From positions 25,234,001-25,298,000 of the forward strand of contig OZ024740.1 in assembly GCA_964016885.1 (NCBI GenBank): 64,000 bases of DNA, read 5' to 3'. This stretch comes from Eledone cirrhosa. Lineage: Eukaryota. Under the pieces are notes generated by a model that worked only from the letters and a program-made list of their open reading frames with translations, ran no database searches and was not told where the DNA came from. Of the stretch, positions 1 to 12,811 are shown piece by piece (positions within the stretch are counted from its first letter, which is position 1; each line of letters starts with the position of its first letter). The position numbers and the translations under genes were made by a program.

Positions 1-8
1 GCATACGT

Positions 9-41
<33 letters not shown>

Positions 42-409
42 CATATATAACTCAATATATATATATATATATATATATATGAGAAAGAACATAAATATTA
101 TAAAATAAATATATATATATATATATATGCGTAATTGTATGTGTGTTTGTATTTCTGTGGTTGGGTTTTTTGTTGTGTGTGTGTGTAAGTTTATATATAT
201 TTATGTGTGTGTGTGCATCATTACATATAGTGATTTGATGATTATTTTCATTGATCTTTTGCTCCAGGAACTTGTTGAGTGCTCTAGGTCTGCTATGGGC
301 ATTTATACCCTTTTCTAAATATATATATTTTTTTAATTTATTACTTGTCGTATTCCCAATTTTTATTTTTTTATATATACAATATTTATTTTATAATATT
401 TATGTTCTT

Positions 410-469
<60 letters not shown>

Positions 470-733
470 AGTTATATATGTATATATATGTGTGTGTGTG
501 TGTGTACGTATACATACGTATGTGTAGGTATATATGTGTATGTTAGTATGTATGTATGTGTATGTATGTGTATGTGTATATATATATATATATTTTAGAG
601 TTAAATAAGGTTCATATGAATTATCTAAGAATGAGTTCTACACACATATATATATGTGTGTGTTTGTATTTGGTTGTGCGTGTTTGTGATATGTACATAT
701 TTGTATGTGTATAATTGTATGGCTATGTATGTA

Positions 734-775
<42 letters not shown>

Positions 776-780
<5 letters not shown>

Positions 781-1952
781 ACTAGAGATTGATTAACATA
801 TAAATATACATGAATAATCACAGGAGATAATTTTTGCTTGCGTGTAACCGCGCATAGCTAGTTTAGGTAATATTTACCTTTAAGTGTGATTAACCTTCCT
901 TGTATATATCCCATTAAAGAAATATATTTCACCAATTAATCAGATGGTAAGTCACGGAAAGTGGATATTATTGGATTGTCAACAAGGAAAGTAATAATTT
1001 CCAGCTATTCGTGCTTACAGAGCGAGATGAAATCCTCAACTATCCGTCACCACGTGTTGCGTCAAAACAAGATACCGATTTCGTTTCAGTGGCGTGAAAA
1101 GGTATTCGACAACTAGAAATAGCAGTCAAATTCTTTTCAACAGAAATAGCTCTACAATTAAGGAGCCCTATATATATATCTAAGTCCAAAATTAAGATAA
1201 ATGAATTAAATGAATTTAATCGAAATCGAAATCATGGGTGTCATGACATAATGCATGCGCCATATATCCTGGGAATTTAAGCTCAAAGATAAATAAATCT
1301 GAGCATATTATAATAACTAGAGATTGATTAACATATAAATATACATGAATAATCACAGGAGATAATTTTTGCTTGCGTGTAACCGCGCATAGCTAGTTTA
1401 GGTAATATTTACCTTTAAGTGTGATTAACCTTACTTGTATATATCCCATTAAAGAAATATATTTCACCAATTAATCAGATGTAAGTCACGGAAAGTGGAT
1501 ATTATTGGATTGTCAACAAGGAAAGTAATAATTTCCAGCTATTCGTGCTTACAGAGCGAGATCAAATCTTCAACTATCCGTCACCACGTGTTGCGTCCAT
1601 ACAAGATAGCGGTTTCGTTTCAGTGGCGTGAAAAGGTATTCAACAACTAGAAATAGCAGTCAAATTCCTTTCAACAGAAATAACTCTACAATTAAGGAGC
1701 CATATAAATATATCTATGTCCAAAATTAAGATAAATGAATTTAATCTAAATCGAAATCATGGGTGTCATGACATAATGCATGCACCATATATCCTGGGAA
1801 TTTAAGCTCAAAGATAAATAAATATGAGCATATTATAATAACTAGAGATTGATTAACATATAAATATACATGAATAATCACAGGAGATAATTTTGCTTGC
1901 GTGTAACCGCGCATAGCTAGTTTAGGTAATATTTATCTTTAAGTGTGATTAA
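776..1952. repeat. Tandem repeat, ~2.2 copies of a 525-535 bp unit
   Basis: ACTAGAGATTGATTAACATA recurs at 781, 1316 and 1841. Units are highly similar. The third copy is cut off at ~1952 by a PLE fragment. Confidence 0.9.
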
Positions 1953-2432
1953 ACACACGCACCAGTTGCTTTCACTTCAATTTATTATGAATTAAATTTA
2001 TAAATTTAGGATTTTATAAATTTCCGGTTGGTTGGTTGGTTCCACAACCAGATGATTGTTCATATATTTTCAAAGTTCTTTCGTCACACATTATGTGACC
2101 TCTTCGGTGACTGGGGATTCTTTTCTTTGTTTTTGTGCCTCTCCTTTTTTCTGTCCTACGCCATCTTGATTTTGTGAGTGTTGTGTGCTTAGATTGCTCA
2201 TGTGTTACATCCGGGTGTCTGTGTGTGTTTATATTTGTTTATTTATTTGTTTATTTACATGTTACTGGTTGGTGGTTTGTTCTATGTGTGTGTGTGTTTT
2301 CATTTTTTCCTTAATTGTAAGTTGTGATGTTGCTGTTCCATTCATGTTTATTGACCCTCCCAAAGCATAACAATATCGGTTTCAACACACGTTTTCAGAT
2401 GAAGAATTTGCTAAACAAATTCAGAAACGAAA
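1952..2432 (-). mobile_element. PLE family C 3' fragment (end of ORF, pLTR with hammerhead) plus inverted terminal piece
   Basis: 2135-2345 is the reverse complement of 63835-64000 (end of the GIY-YIG ORF and 3' UTR). 1952-2030 matches 62803-62882. 2350-2432 is the reverse complement of 62706-62790. Confidence 0.85.
2070..2110 (-). ncRNA. Minimal type I hammerhead ribozyme candidate (U4C core)
   Basis: Minus strand reads uca CCGAAGA g GUCAC auaaugu GUGAC GAAA g aa c UU uga. Stem II is good; stems I and III are short. Confidence 0.55.
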
Positions 2433-2551
2433 TATATATATATATATATATATAAATATATATCGTGGTAGAACACTGGAAGGTAATATCCGTAGTGGTA
2501 GATCACTCAGTCCATGGCACGAGTTAGGTAGAAGAGCTTACACAATCGTTC

Positions 2552-2642
2552 GTTCACCATGCCGAGAACAATTGGTTCACCTTAGCCGATGCCCAAAGCT
2601 GAGGATCCGCTAAGGCGAAACATTGTTCTCGGCATGGTGAAC
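2552..2642 (+). ncRNA. Fold-back hairpin carrying a hammerhead core
   Basis: Arms GTTCACCATGCCGAGAACAAT / ATTGTTCTCGGCATGGTGAAC. The right arm has CTGAGGA (2599-2605) tCCgctaaGGc GAAA cattg TT. Stem I is truncated. Confidence 0.55.
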
Positions 2643-2694
2643 TAACTGTTGTGTAACCACTTCTAAATATATATATATATATATATATATAACA

Positions 2695-2770
2695 AATGAA
2701 TCGTGGTAAGGAACCAGATGGACCATAACGCAGAAGAGTACTCAATACTTAGGGTAGTAGAGTGGGAAAA
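2695..2770 (-). repeat. Dispersed short repeat family D (probable PLE end); copies at ~13700-13810, ~29060-29222, ~55628-55762
   Basis: All four loci share TAAGGAACCAGRTRRACCATAAYGYA..AG and sit inside (TA)n. Confidence 0.7.
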
Positions 2771-2987
2771 AGGAAAAAGTATGACTGCCGTCGGGGACAT
2801 ACTTTTTCCTATATATATAAAGGATAACAAATTATCGTTATAGGTAATCCGGTTAGAGGTTGTGCGTACTCTGTATTATGGATAGTTTTAACGTTTTACC
2901 AACCTTTAGAATCCCAATCAATGAAACAACTATTAATAGTTTAAATAAAACACTTTTGTACTGTTGACCATATTATTCTTCACTCTT

Positions 2988-3234
<247 letters not shown>

Positions 3235-3449
3235 GGCGACCTACGTAGTAAATCGTATCATCGTGAGCTCCGCAAAGGTTTGTTATTTTCAGTTGTTTAA
3301 AATTGCCATTTATGGGAAATTTTTATTGGTAATTGTATATAAGTGCACATACATTGATTTCTGAAAAAGACACTCAAAAAGATTGGGGCCTTGAGCCCAA
3401 AATTCTAACTTTTATAATTATCAAACAAAAAAATTTTTTGGGAAAAATC

Positions 3450-5355
3450 ATGGCCGACTCACACCTGAACCCAGTAGCTGAGAGGCTTCCGCACAAAGTA
3501 TCACCTCACACCGACACCACCATTTTAAATATTACTACGTTTGCCAACACTAAAAATATAAGCAGTAGCAATATTTTTAATTTGTCTCAGGCAGACATTC
3601 ATTTCCCGCCATTACCAATGACTGCAGGTGTTGAAGCCGCCACCCCCACCACCACCAGAGCAACAACAGAAACAAAAGAAAAAATTAAATTATCTCGTGA
3701 TATCGAAACAAATTCAGCCAAAATGAACTCTTCCACACCGAACACCACTGACGCCACCACCACGACAACTGAAACTAAAATTAACAATAACAAAAATAAC
3801 GATAACAACAACAGCAATAATGACAAAACCCTGTCTTTTGCCAGAGTAGCGAAAAAGTGCGAAGCATTCCAGGTAACTCAGGAGGAATTAGAAGAAGCCC
3901 CCAAAATGGTAAAGAAAGATGGGTACAGGGTCAGCCCTCCCACCCCACCTAATAAAATGGCGAATCGGCGCCTATGCACCGTGTCTTATCGGACGATTAA
4001 AATAAAATCGCGCCGAGTGGAACGGGCATCCAAGTCCCAAATCCAAAATGCTTTGGAACATGTGTGGGCAAAAAAAACCACATCAGAGGTGGGCAGAAAT
4101 ATGGAACCGTGGACGTGTTCTTTGAAACACCACAGTAGGCCACAGAACACTCCATGGCCCCATTAAGAAGTGACACTTCACACTCCTCCCAAGCTATTGT
4201 GGCCAGAGACTCGTGAAGATCAGGGTCACCCACGTTCCACCGGCCATCGAAATTCCCTGGCTAATGGCTGTCGTCCTCGCCGGCATCGAAGCCAACACCA
4301 AGATAATCGAAATAGTGAAAGAAAAGCAGGAGAACTGGTCCGGATCTGGGATGGAGCTCCTGATCCAAGCGGACGAAAAAAGCATTGAGGAGATCCCAGA
4401 GGTAATAGACCTCACTGACGGCAGCCACCTCACCATAATCGTCGAGGGCAGAAGGCCTAGGTGTGTCGTTTGTGGTGAAGTAACCCACCTAAGGCTTTCT
4501 GCCCTCAGGCTAAAAGGTTGAGGCCACCTCTCTCACCCACACTAGTGACTCAACCATCAATACCACTAGCAACAAAAATGGCAGCAACAACAGAAGCAAA
4601 TGTCACAGCAACAACCCCAGCAACAGTAGCAAAACCAACACCACCACCACCCAACGCACCATAACTAGCACCAGCGCCTACACCATCCACCAGGCCACAA
4701 CCAAAACCAACGCCTGTGGATGATTTTCCACTCCCAGACCTATCGCAACTGGAGACAGATTGTGACGACGAGGAGTGGGCAACGGTATCAGAAAAAAAGA
4801 AAAAAAGAAAAAGAAACCAAAAAAGAAAAAAATCCCCTTCCTTCCCCTTCCAAAAAGAAAATACAAAGGGAAACAAATAAACTCTCAAACAAAAAAGTTA
4901 GGACAGCTATGCCACCATCCACACCAGCATCACCAACTCCATAACCACAAACACCTACACAATCACCATCATTAACCCCAACACCACAAAAGTCACCAAA
5001 AAGCGAAACAGAAACAAACCCACAACAAACGCAAACAAAACAAAACAACCAAAACGATACACACTACACAGCAATAAATTTGAAAAACAACCAATTATTA
5101 CACTACATGCAATACAACACCAGCATCACAGAAAAACACAACACAACAACCCAAATGTTCACACCACCTCCACACATACAAATTACTTGCATCACACAGA
5201 AAGCGTACACGACACTAAAACAAAAACTCCCCAAAGACATCGGAGACTTACGACAAGCACTCTCCAGGAGGATTTATAAGGACATCCTTCCGGAGGAGGC
5301 CGGAATCAGTGAAAAGGATGGAGAAACCATCCTTCCTCTACGAGAAGTAAGGTAA
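3450..5355 (+). pseudogene. Tx1 ORF1 (gag-like, zinc knuckle), frameshifted
   Basis: Fragments 3333-4166, 4213-4521 and 5080-5355. RCVVCGEVTHLR is a CCHC knuckle remnant. Pro/Thr-rich and basic tracts. Homologous to ORF1 of the second copy. Confidence 0.75.
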
Positions 5356-5388
5356 GTGGGCTTTCCCATCTTTTCCACTCCATTTCAA

Positions 5389-8300
5389 CATGACCTCAAT
5401 CAGAATAGGTAGCATAAATGCGCGTGGCTTGTGTTCGTCAGGGAAGCAGGGTCACCAGCTCAACGACCTCAGGTCACTGAACATAGATGTAGTGGCCATC
5501 AGCGAGACCAGAATCTCTGAAGCACGGGCCTTCGCACAGATCTTCTGCGGCTACGATGTGTACGCATCTCCCAGCCGTCCTGGATCGGGGGGGAGGAGTT
5601 GCTGTACTTTTTCGGAGAGGTTTGGATCTCGCCATACGAGCCATCTTCCTGGACCCAGAGGGTAAGTTGGTGGTGCTGGACATGACCAACGGAGACGGGC
5701 AAGCTTTCAGGCTATTGGCTGTCTATGCCCCGACAGGAGCAGGGCGGCCTGATTTTTTCGGCCGTCAGGAGACCTTTCTTGGAACGTCCCGCTCTTTAGT
5801 GTTAGTGGGCGACTGGAACGGCATCTTCGATGCACACTGGGACTGTGTGGGATTAGCGGATAGGGGAGGAGGGTGCAAAAGCCTCGCCAACCTGCTCAGG
5901 CGTTTTGAACTGTCTGATAGGTACCGATTGGATTTCCCGAATGTGCCAATCTGGACTTGGACAAATCGCATAGGGTCCTCCAGATCATATCTAGATAGAG
6001 TATTCTGTAGGGAAATAGATAGGTCTAGCATAGGCTTTCTACAATTCAAGATAGTCAGCTACATGGACCACAAATTCGTGATCTGTGTGCTTGACTTAGA
6101 TAGGCTTCATAGACGAGGACCCGGCTACTGGCCGTTCAATGGGCCCGAGTGGCGGAGGCGCGTCGTGGCAACAAAGCCACGATCCGGTCTTTGGTGGACC
6201 ACGACGGGCGCATGTTACTCGATCCCGGGCAAATGTGTGAAGCTTTTCAGCGACACTTCGCACAGCTGTTCGGAGGCAGCGGCGGGCCGGTTCGAGGGAT
6301 GGACTTTAATCTCTACCTCGAAGGACTGCCGCGGCTTTCAGCCACTGAGGCGGAGTGTTGCGAAAAGCCGATAACAGCCGCTGAAGTACGGGAGGCAATG
6401 AATGGCTGCACAAGTGGTAAATCGCCTGGTTTGGATGGTCTGCCCTATGAACTTTACATACAGATGCCAGACTTGTTCGGAAGCCTCTTGGCGGACGTCT
6501 ACTGCAACTGGCAACAGAACGGGAGAATTCCCAGCTCTGTGAGCCGAGGAGCTGTGCCTCTGCTGTGAAAGGATTCGAACAAGGGGGATAACATTGATAA
6601 TTTTAGGCCCATATCTCTGCTAATCACAGAGTTCAAGATTTCGGCAAAGGTGCTAACAAAGAGGTTGGCGCTTGTCGTTGGTGGTCTGGAGGGAGAGGCG
6701 CAGACGTGCGCCATTCCCAACAGATCCATCCACGACAACCTCTATCTCATGCGATACATTGTAGAGAGGGTAGCTAGAGAACCTGGCACGGGTGTGTCCT
6801 TGATCAATTTAGATCAGTCGAAAGCTTTCGATAGGGTCGACCATCGTTACCTAGCGGCAGTCCTGAGGGCGGCTGGCTTTGGGCGCGTCTTCAGCGGCTG
6901 GATCGCTGCCATACACAGCGACATCTGCTCTGTGGTGAGAGTGAACGGTCACCTTTCGGAACCGTTCAACATCATGCGCTCTGTCCACCAAGGCTGTCCC
7001 TCTTGTACGTATTGACTCTCGAGCCATTACTGCACAAACTTGAGAAGTTGAGGGGGGTCCCGCGCGAACTTGGATGCGGAAGATCCGTGTCAGCATATGC
7101 GGACGATGTCACCGTAGTGGTGTCGAACGCCAAACACATTGAGACGATCGGTACTAGACTAAGAGAATACGAAGCGGTGACAGGAGCAATGATCAACCAG
7201 GAAAAGTCAGTGGGCCTGCAGCTCGGCACCTGGAGAGGCAGGTCCATGCCGTCCAACAGCTTCAACGGGCGCTGGACGGACGGACCAGTTAAATTGCTAG
7301 GGGTCTGGTTCGGTCCGGACCTCCAGACGAACAAAAACTGGGATGAGGTGACGAGCAGGGTGGCTTCTCTCACCCAGAAATGGGCGGAGAGGAAGCTATC
7401 CCTGAAAGATCGAGCGGAGATGGCTAACGCGTACATCGTGTCCGTCATCTACTACCACCTGACCGTCGTACCGTTTTCGAAGCCCCCCCCCCCTGACTGC
7501 GCTGGAGCGTTTGCTCTTTCGCTTTTTGTGGAAGTGACGCGCTCCGATGGTCAGGCGGTCCATCTGCTGTCGACACCCGCTACGTGGAGGGCTGGGCGTG
7601 CCGTGGCTGGCACGCGCTCAGGCTACGACATCTCCACCTCATCCTCGACGGTGCTCAGGTGTTAGTCGCCGTTTGCTAGACGCGTCTTTCCCCAGCTCGT
7701 CTCCTTGACGGAGCTGCAGTCCTGGGTCAAGCGAAGACCGAATGGGAGCGCTTGGAGACTGGAATGTATTCAGGCGCTCACAGCCCTCGACCAATCGGGC
7801 AATGTGATCGGTGGAAACTCCACCTTGGCGTTCTATAGAGGATTAGTGGAGGGGAAGAGCGACGACGTACTTGGGGAAACTCTAGGCGTCGACGAAAATC
7901 AACTAGCCAATCTCTTCAGAAGTACTTTCGGGCCGGGGCCTATGGACAACTTCCAGAAATACCTGGACTGTCAGTGCTACCGAGGAGCTTTGCCAGTTCG
8001 GGATAAACTCTACAGGCATTGAGGGGCCGTCAGCCGGGCATGTCCGAGATGCGCGCAGGGCGACGAAACCGTCCTGCACGCACTCGTCCAGTGTCCGAGC
8101 ATTGCTGACTTGTGGGTTTATGTCGAACACCTGCTGTCACGTGTAGGACGGATCCAGCTAACATATTGCCCCGCCCTCTCCCTTTAGCCGGGAAGGGCAG
8201 CCAATTTTTATCTGTCTGGTGGCCATGGCGAAAGAGATAGTATGGTGGACACGTTTGAAAGGGCTGAAGACGAGCACTTACCTCTTCGGTGATGCCCTGA

Positions 8301-8440
8301 TTAACTTTTTCAAATTTCATTTGAAAAGGAAAATCAGGGTAGAGAGGGAAGTGCTCTCATCCTAGCATTTTGTTGAAAGATGGGTGAGAGGTGCAAGAAT
8401 GGCCCGAGTGAATGGGCCTACTCTGAGTATGTGTCTGTAA
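5389..8440 (+). pseudogene. Tx1 ORF2: AP endonuclease, reverse transcriptase, C-terminal CCHC
   Basis: Motifs SINARGL, ISET, VYAP, GDWN, LDRV, DHK; KSPGLDGL, LDQSKAFDRVDH, QGCP, YADD; CPRC...ETVLHALVQC. Several frameshifts and stops, and a ~330 bp deletion at ~6131 relative to copy 2. Confidence 0.93.
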
Positions 8441-8695
8441 ATTAAAGGTAGAAAACTGGGAGAGGGCACTTGTCCTGGTAGTCAGGGTCACTGTGGCTTT
8501 TTAATGGGCTTTCTCCACGAATGTCCCTCGGAAATCTCCCCCCTATTGGGGAATTTTTCCATTGTTCTATTATTACATCCTCTGTTTTTTGTTTATTTAC
8601 ACGCAGAAATGCCCTTTTTCTACAGTCCTGTATTGTCCTGTACTGTCCTTAATGTCTACTTTGTGAAGACCCTTGTGGTTAATAAAGAAAGCATT

Positions 8696-8858
<163 letters not shown>

Positions 8859-8874
8859 TAAAATAACAGATTAA

Positions 8875-8925
8875 AGTTTAAGCAAAGAATCGCTGCTTTC
8901 ACCCTTAACGGGATCTTCTGAAACT
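8875..8925 (-). ncRNA. Type I hammerhead, family A (U4A core), inverted copy
   Basis: Reverse complement of 12172-12222. Confidence 0.75.
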
Positions 8926-9284
8926 AACAAAGTCAATCTGTAAACGCAGAACTGAATATTTCAAAAAACGTTGCAACCGGAGGAAGACAGGAAGACGATA
9001 CTTTGGTTCGTGGAAACGTTCGCTGGCAAAGAACGGGAAAAAACGAATAATACGTTATTAATAGGAGCGGTGAAAAACAATTACGCGCAAAGACAGAACC
9101 ACGTTTATGGTATAAAAGAGGTCGTAGACTAATGTTCTCTTAGGTGGTGCATAGAGACGTTCTCTGTCAATGAACGAAAAAACGAAGATAATAAGTCATA
9201 TGTGGAGCGTGGAGAACAATAGCATGCAAAGACAAAACCACGTAAATGGTATAGCAGTGAGCACTCTACTGACTTATATACATC

Positions 9285-11248
9285 ATGCAGAAACAACATC
9301 TGAATATTTCTACAAAGAACATACCCGTACCAAGCAGGAAAACATACCTAAAACTCCTGATAAAGAAAACAGACGCGTTCATTAAAAGGTTGCGTTGGTG
9401 TGCCTTTTATTTCGATAATCCGCGAAAAGCAGACAACAAACAGGATAAATTTGGATTTAAAACCTATAACCCTCCGTGGAACCCAGCATTGCTACCCTTC
9501 GAAAATGATGTCTTGGAACTCATTCGGAGTATCAAATTTGGGAATAAGAGCAATTCCTTCCAGCAAGACCTGAAGAATAGAATTCTTTCTATTAAAGATT
9601 CTAACGCCGTGCACGTCCATTCCGACAAAACTGGCAACCTATATCAAGTGGAGCGCAGTACTTACCATCAACTACTACATAATGCTGTAACTAAGGATTA
9701 CCGTAAAACTAATCGGTGTGTCATCAATGAAATAAACGATGCTGGGTTTAAAATCACATCTGATCTCAACATCCTGGACCGGACCGAACCTCTGGACCCT
9801 ATCTCTCCCCACTTTACCCTGTAGGATCACAAATCCAATTTTCCGAACAACCCCTCTATTCGGCTTATTAACCCTACGAAGTACGATTTAGGTAGACTTA
9901 GTAAAACGATTCTTGATAGAATTATACCTGAAATTAGAAGTTTGGCCCCTCTCGCACTGTGTAACAATTCTTTCGCGGTGATTGCCCGAAAGTCGGTGAT
10001 TAATCACGACGACTCTATTTGGATTAAACAATCCAATAGTACCCTATTCGACGTGAGTACGAGCGCCAGTGACTCTGCAGAGGTTACTAATTTTATTGGC
10101 CTTTTCCTTCTTTTCTCTATCAAGGACGAATTCCCCAACGCGGGCGGTGGTTTGTACCGTGACGATGGTCTTTTGACTATGACTAAGTGCGGACCTCGTG
10201 CTTGCGACAGGTTCAGAAAAGAACTCACAGCCTTCTTTAAAGGCTTCAACCTCTCTATACAGGTTGAGGCCAATCTCTCGGTCGTTAATTACCTCGAAGT
10301 TACCCTCAATTTATTGAATGGGTTGTATTACCCGTATAGAAAGCCGAATGATACGCTTAATTACATAAGTAAGCATTCCAACCATCCTGCCAGCATAACC
10401 AAGAACCTGGTAAAAAACGTTTCGTTGAGGCTTTTCCGCCTTTCCACCAACGAGCGCATTTTCAGCGACCATTCCACTTATTACAATGAAGCTCTTGCTC
10501 GAAGTGGATTTGTCGATAAGGTAGCATATACAGAGTACGAAAATAGACATAGAAGAAATAGATCCCGCCGCATTTGTTAGTTTAACCCACCATATAATAT
10601 GGAGGTGGCCACACCTTTAGCTAAGATCTTTCTTTTCCTTATTATGAAGCATTTCTCCCTACACATAAATATAGTAACATTTTTAATAGAAATACTATTA
10701 AAATTTCTTACTCTACGACTCATAACCTTGCACATAACATCACAGCTTCAAATTTAGCTAAACTACCTAACCGTAGGAACACGTGCAACCCTGTAGTTAG
10801 TACTAACTGTAATTGTATGAATCGGGCTGATTTCCCCCTATCCGGGAAATGCCTCTCTAGTAACATTGTCTACAAATGTAAGGTTGTAACACCCACGTCC
10901 CGTAGGGCCTACATAGGGTTAACCGCCAATAGTTTCAAGCAGCGTCTTTACAAGCATACCCATTATTTTCGTTAACCTCTAAGAAGGAATATAACGTCAC
11001 TTTCAGCTTATATCTGGAGTCTAAAATACAACCACACCCAATATAAGTTGCAATGGGAGATCCTAGCTAGGGCTAGATCGTATAACGGAAATAAAAGACC
11101 ATTTGACCTCTGTGACGCTGAGGCCCTGGAAATACTCTATTCCACAGACCACATCTTAAACAAAATATCTGAGGCAATTTCGGCTTGTAAACATAAATTG
11201 CACAAAACTTTCCTGTATTACAGCCCCACGTTATACCCTAACGGATAG
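9285..11248 (+). pseudogene. PLE RT plus GIY-YIG endonuclease, disrupted
   Basis: KNIPVPS..RLRW, DKTGNLY, GLYRDDGL, VNYLEVTL, PYRKPN, SNHP. A CNC...CL linker precedes IVYKC...YIGLT (10850-10925). In-frame stops and an internal RT deletion are present. Confidence 0.9.
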
Positions 11249-12171
11249 CACGATCTCTACGTGGATATGTTACGTCTTGATGTGGGAGCTAAGAATATGT
11301 TTTGTTTATTCCTTTAATTATTTGCATAGGTAAGTATATATTACCCGTATGTTTTGTGAAGGTATGTATACCTTCTCGTACGTATATTTGATTGTTATGG
11401 CGTATAATTTTTACATACTCTGGTATTTAGGTTTTGGCTATGTGTATACGGGAGTTTTGCGTCTGCGTGAGTATGCAGGTTCGTACGTATGGTGGCTGTG
11501 TGTATATGTGTACTTCTTGTTTTCGTTGACTTACGTCTCCGAACATTCGTGTATTTATTTGTAGGTATGTGCGTGCGCTTGTTATATACGTATTTATTTA
11601 CTTATATACGTTTATATAATTATTTATTTATTTGTACACAAGCATACACACACATATTTATATGTGCGTGGTTAAGTATACCTATGGTAATGTTTTGCGT
11701 ATGCTTGTGTATGTACGTATCTGTTTGCGTGTATGTATTTATTTGTTTCTATTACTTCTGTATGGCATTTATTTACTTTGTTCTTAACTCTGTAGCGGAG
11801 ATTCATTTGGTCTCCTAGTTAGAATTTTAGTCTACAACTTCTGCTATACCATTTACGTGGTTTTGTCTTTGCGTGCTATTGTTCTCCACGCTCCACATAT
11901 GACTTATTATCTTCGTTTTTTGTTCATTGCCAGAGAACGTCTCTATGCACCACCTAAGAGAACATAAGTCTACGACCTCTTTTATACCATAAACGTGGTT
12001 CTGTCTTTGCGTGTAATTGTTTTTCACCGCTCCTATTAATGACGTATTATTCGTTTTTTCCCGTTCTTTGCCAGCGAACGTTTCCACAAACCAAAGTATC
12101 GTCTTCCTGTCTTCCTCCGGTTGCAACGTTTTTTGAAATATCCAGTTCTGCGTTTACAGATTGACCTTGTT

Positions 12172-12222
12172 AGTTTCAGAAGATCCCGTTAAGGGTGAAA
12201 GCAGCGATTCTTTGCTTAAACT
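12172..12222 (+). ncRNA. Type I hammerhead, family A (U4A core)
   Basis: aguuu CAGAAGA u CCC guuaa GGG u GAAA GCA gcgauucuu UGC UU aaacu. All three stems pair. Confidence 0.75.
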
Positions 12223-12261
12223 TTAATCTGTTATTTTAATAAATATATATATATATATATA

Positions 12262-12616
12262 TTAGAAAGTGAGTTTTTTTTACAAAATGAAAAATAACCG
12301 AGGTGTCCTACACGAGTGAAAGTATAAAGAAAAAGAGATGAAATCGAAAATGCAACTGGAGTGTTATTTTAAAAAAAATATATATTCATTTATTTGGTTC
12401 ATTTACCGTTTTCACAGTTCTTCTGCTTTTCAAAAGATGAGTTGAGATGGAGGGTCTGTGGTTTTTCTCACATCTGTGAGAAAAACCACAGACCCTCCAT
12501 CTCAACTCACCATTTGAAAAGCAGAAGAACTGCGAAACCGGTAAAGGAACGAAATAAATATATATATTTAAAAAAAAAATAAAGCTCCAGTTGCATTTTC
12601 GATTTCATCTCTTTAT

Positions 12617-12622
<6 letters not shown>
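12262..12622. mobile_element. Fold-back mini-element (~150 bp arms) with hammerhead motifs and a one-sided extension
   Basis: Palindrome centred at ~12473 (TTCTCACA tc TGTGAGAA). Unpaired segment at 12262-12322. Flanked by (TA)n. Confidence 0.8.
12510..12547 (+). ncRNA. Minimal hammerhead with C3U/G8A core
   Basis: UUGAAAA GCAG aagaa CUGC GAAA ccgg UA. Stem III is the palindrome ACCGGU. Stem I is imperfect. Confidence 0.65.
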
Positions 12623-12690
<68 letters not shown>

Positions 12691-12811
12691 TATACTTATA
12701 TATACACTATATATAATTATAAACAGGAAAGTTCAGTAATTCATTACCACCTTATTACCAGTAAGAAAAATATCTCAATGTAAATACATAAGATGTTTTA
12801 CAGAGCCGGAA

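Noticed and set aside
9285-11248. Selenoprotein-type (Naiad) PLE or stop-codon readthrough
   Set aside because: The endonuclease is C-terminal, and the interruptions are TAG/TAA stops and frameshifts, consistent with decay.
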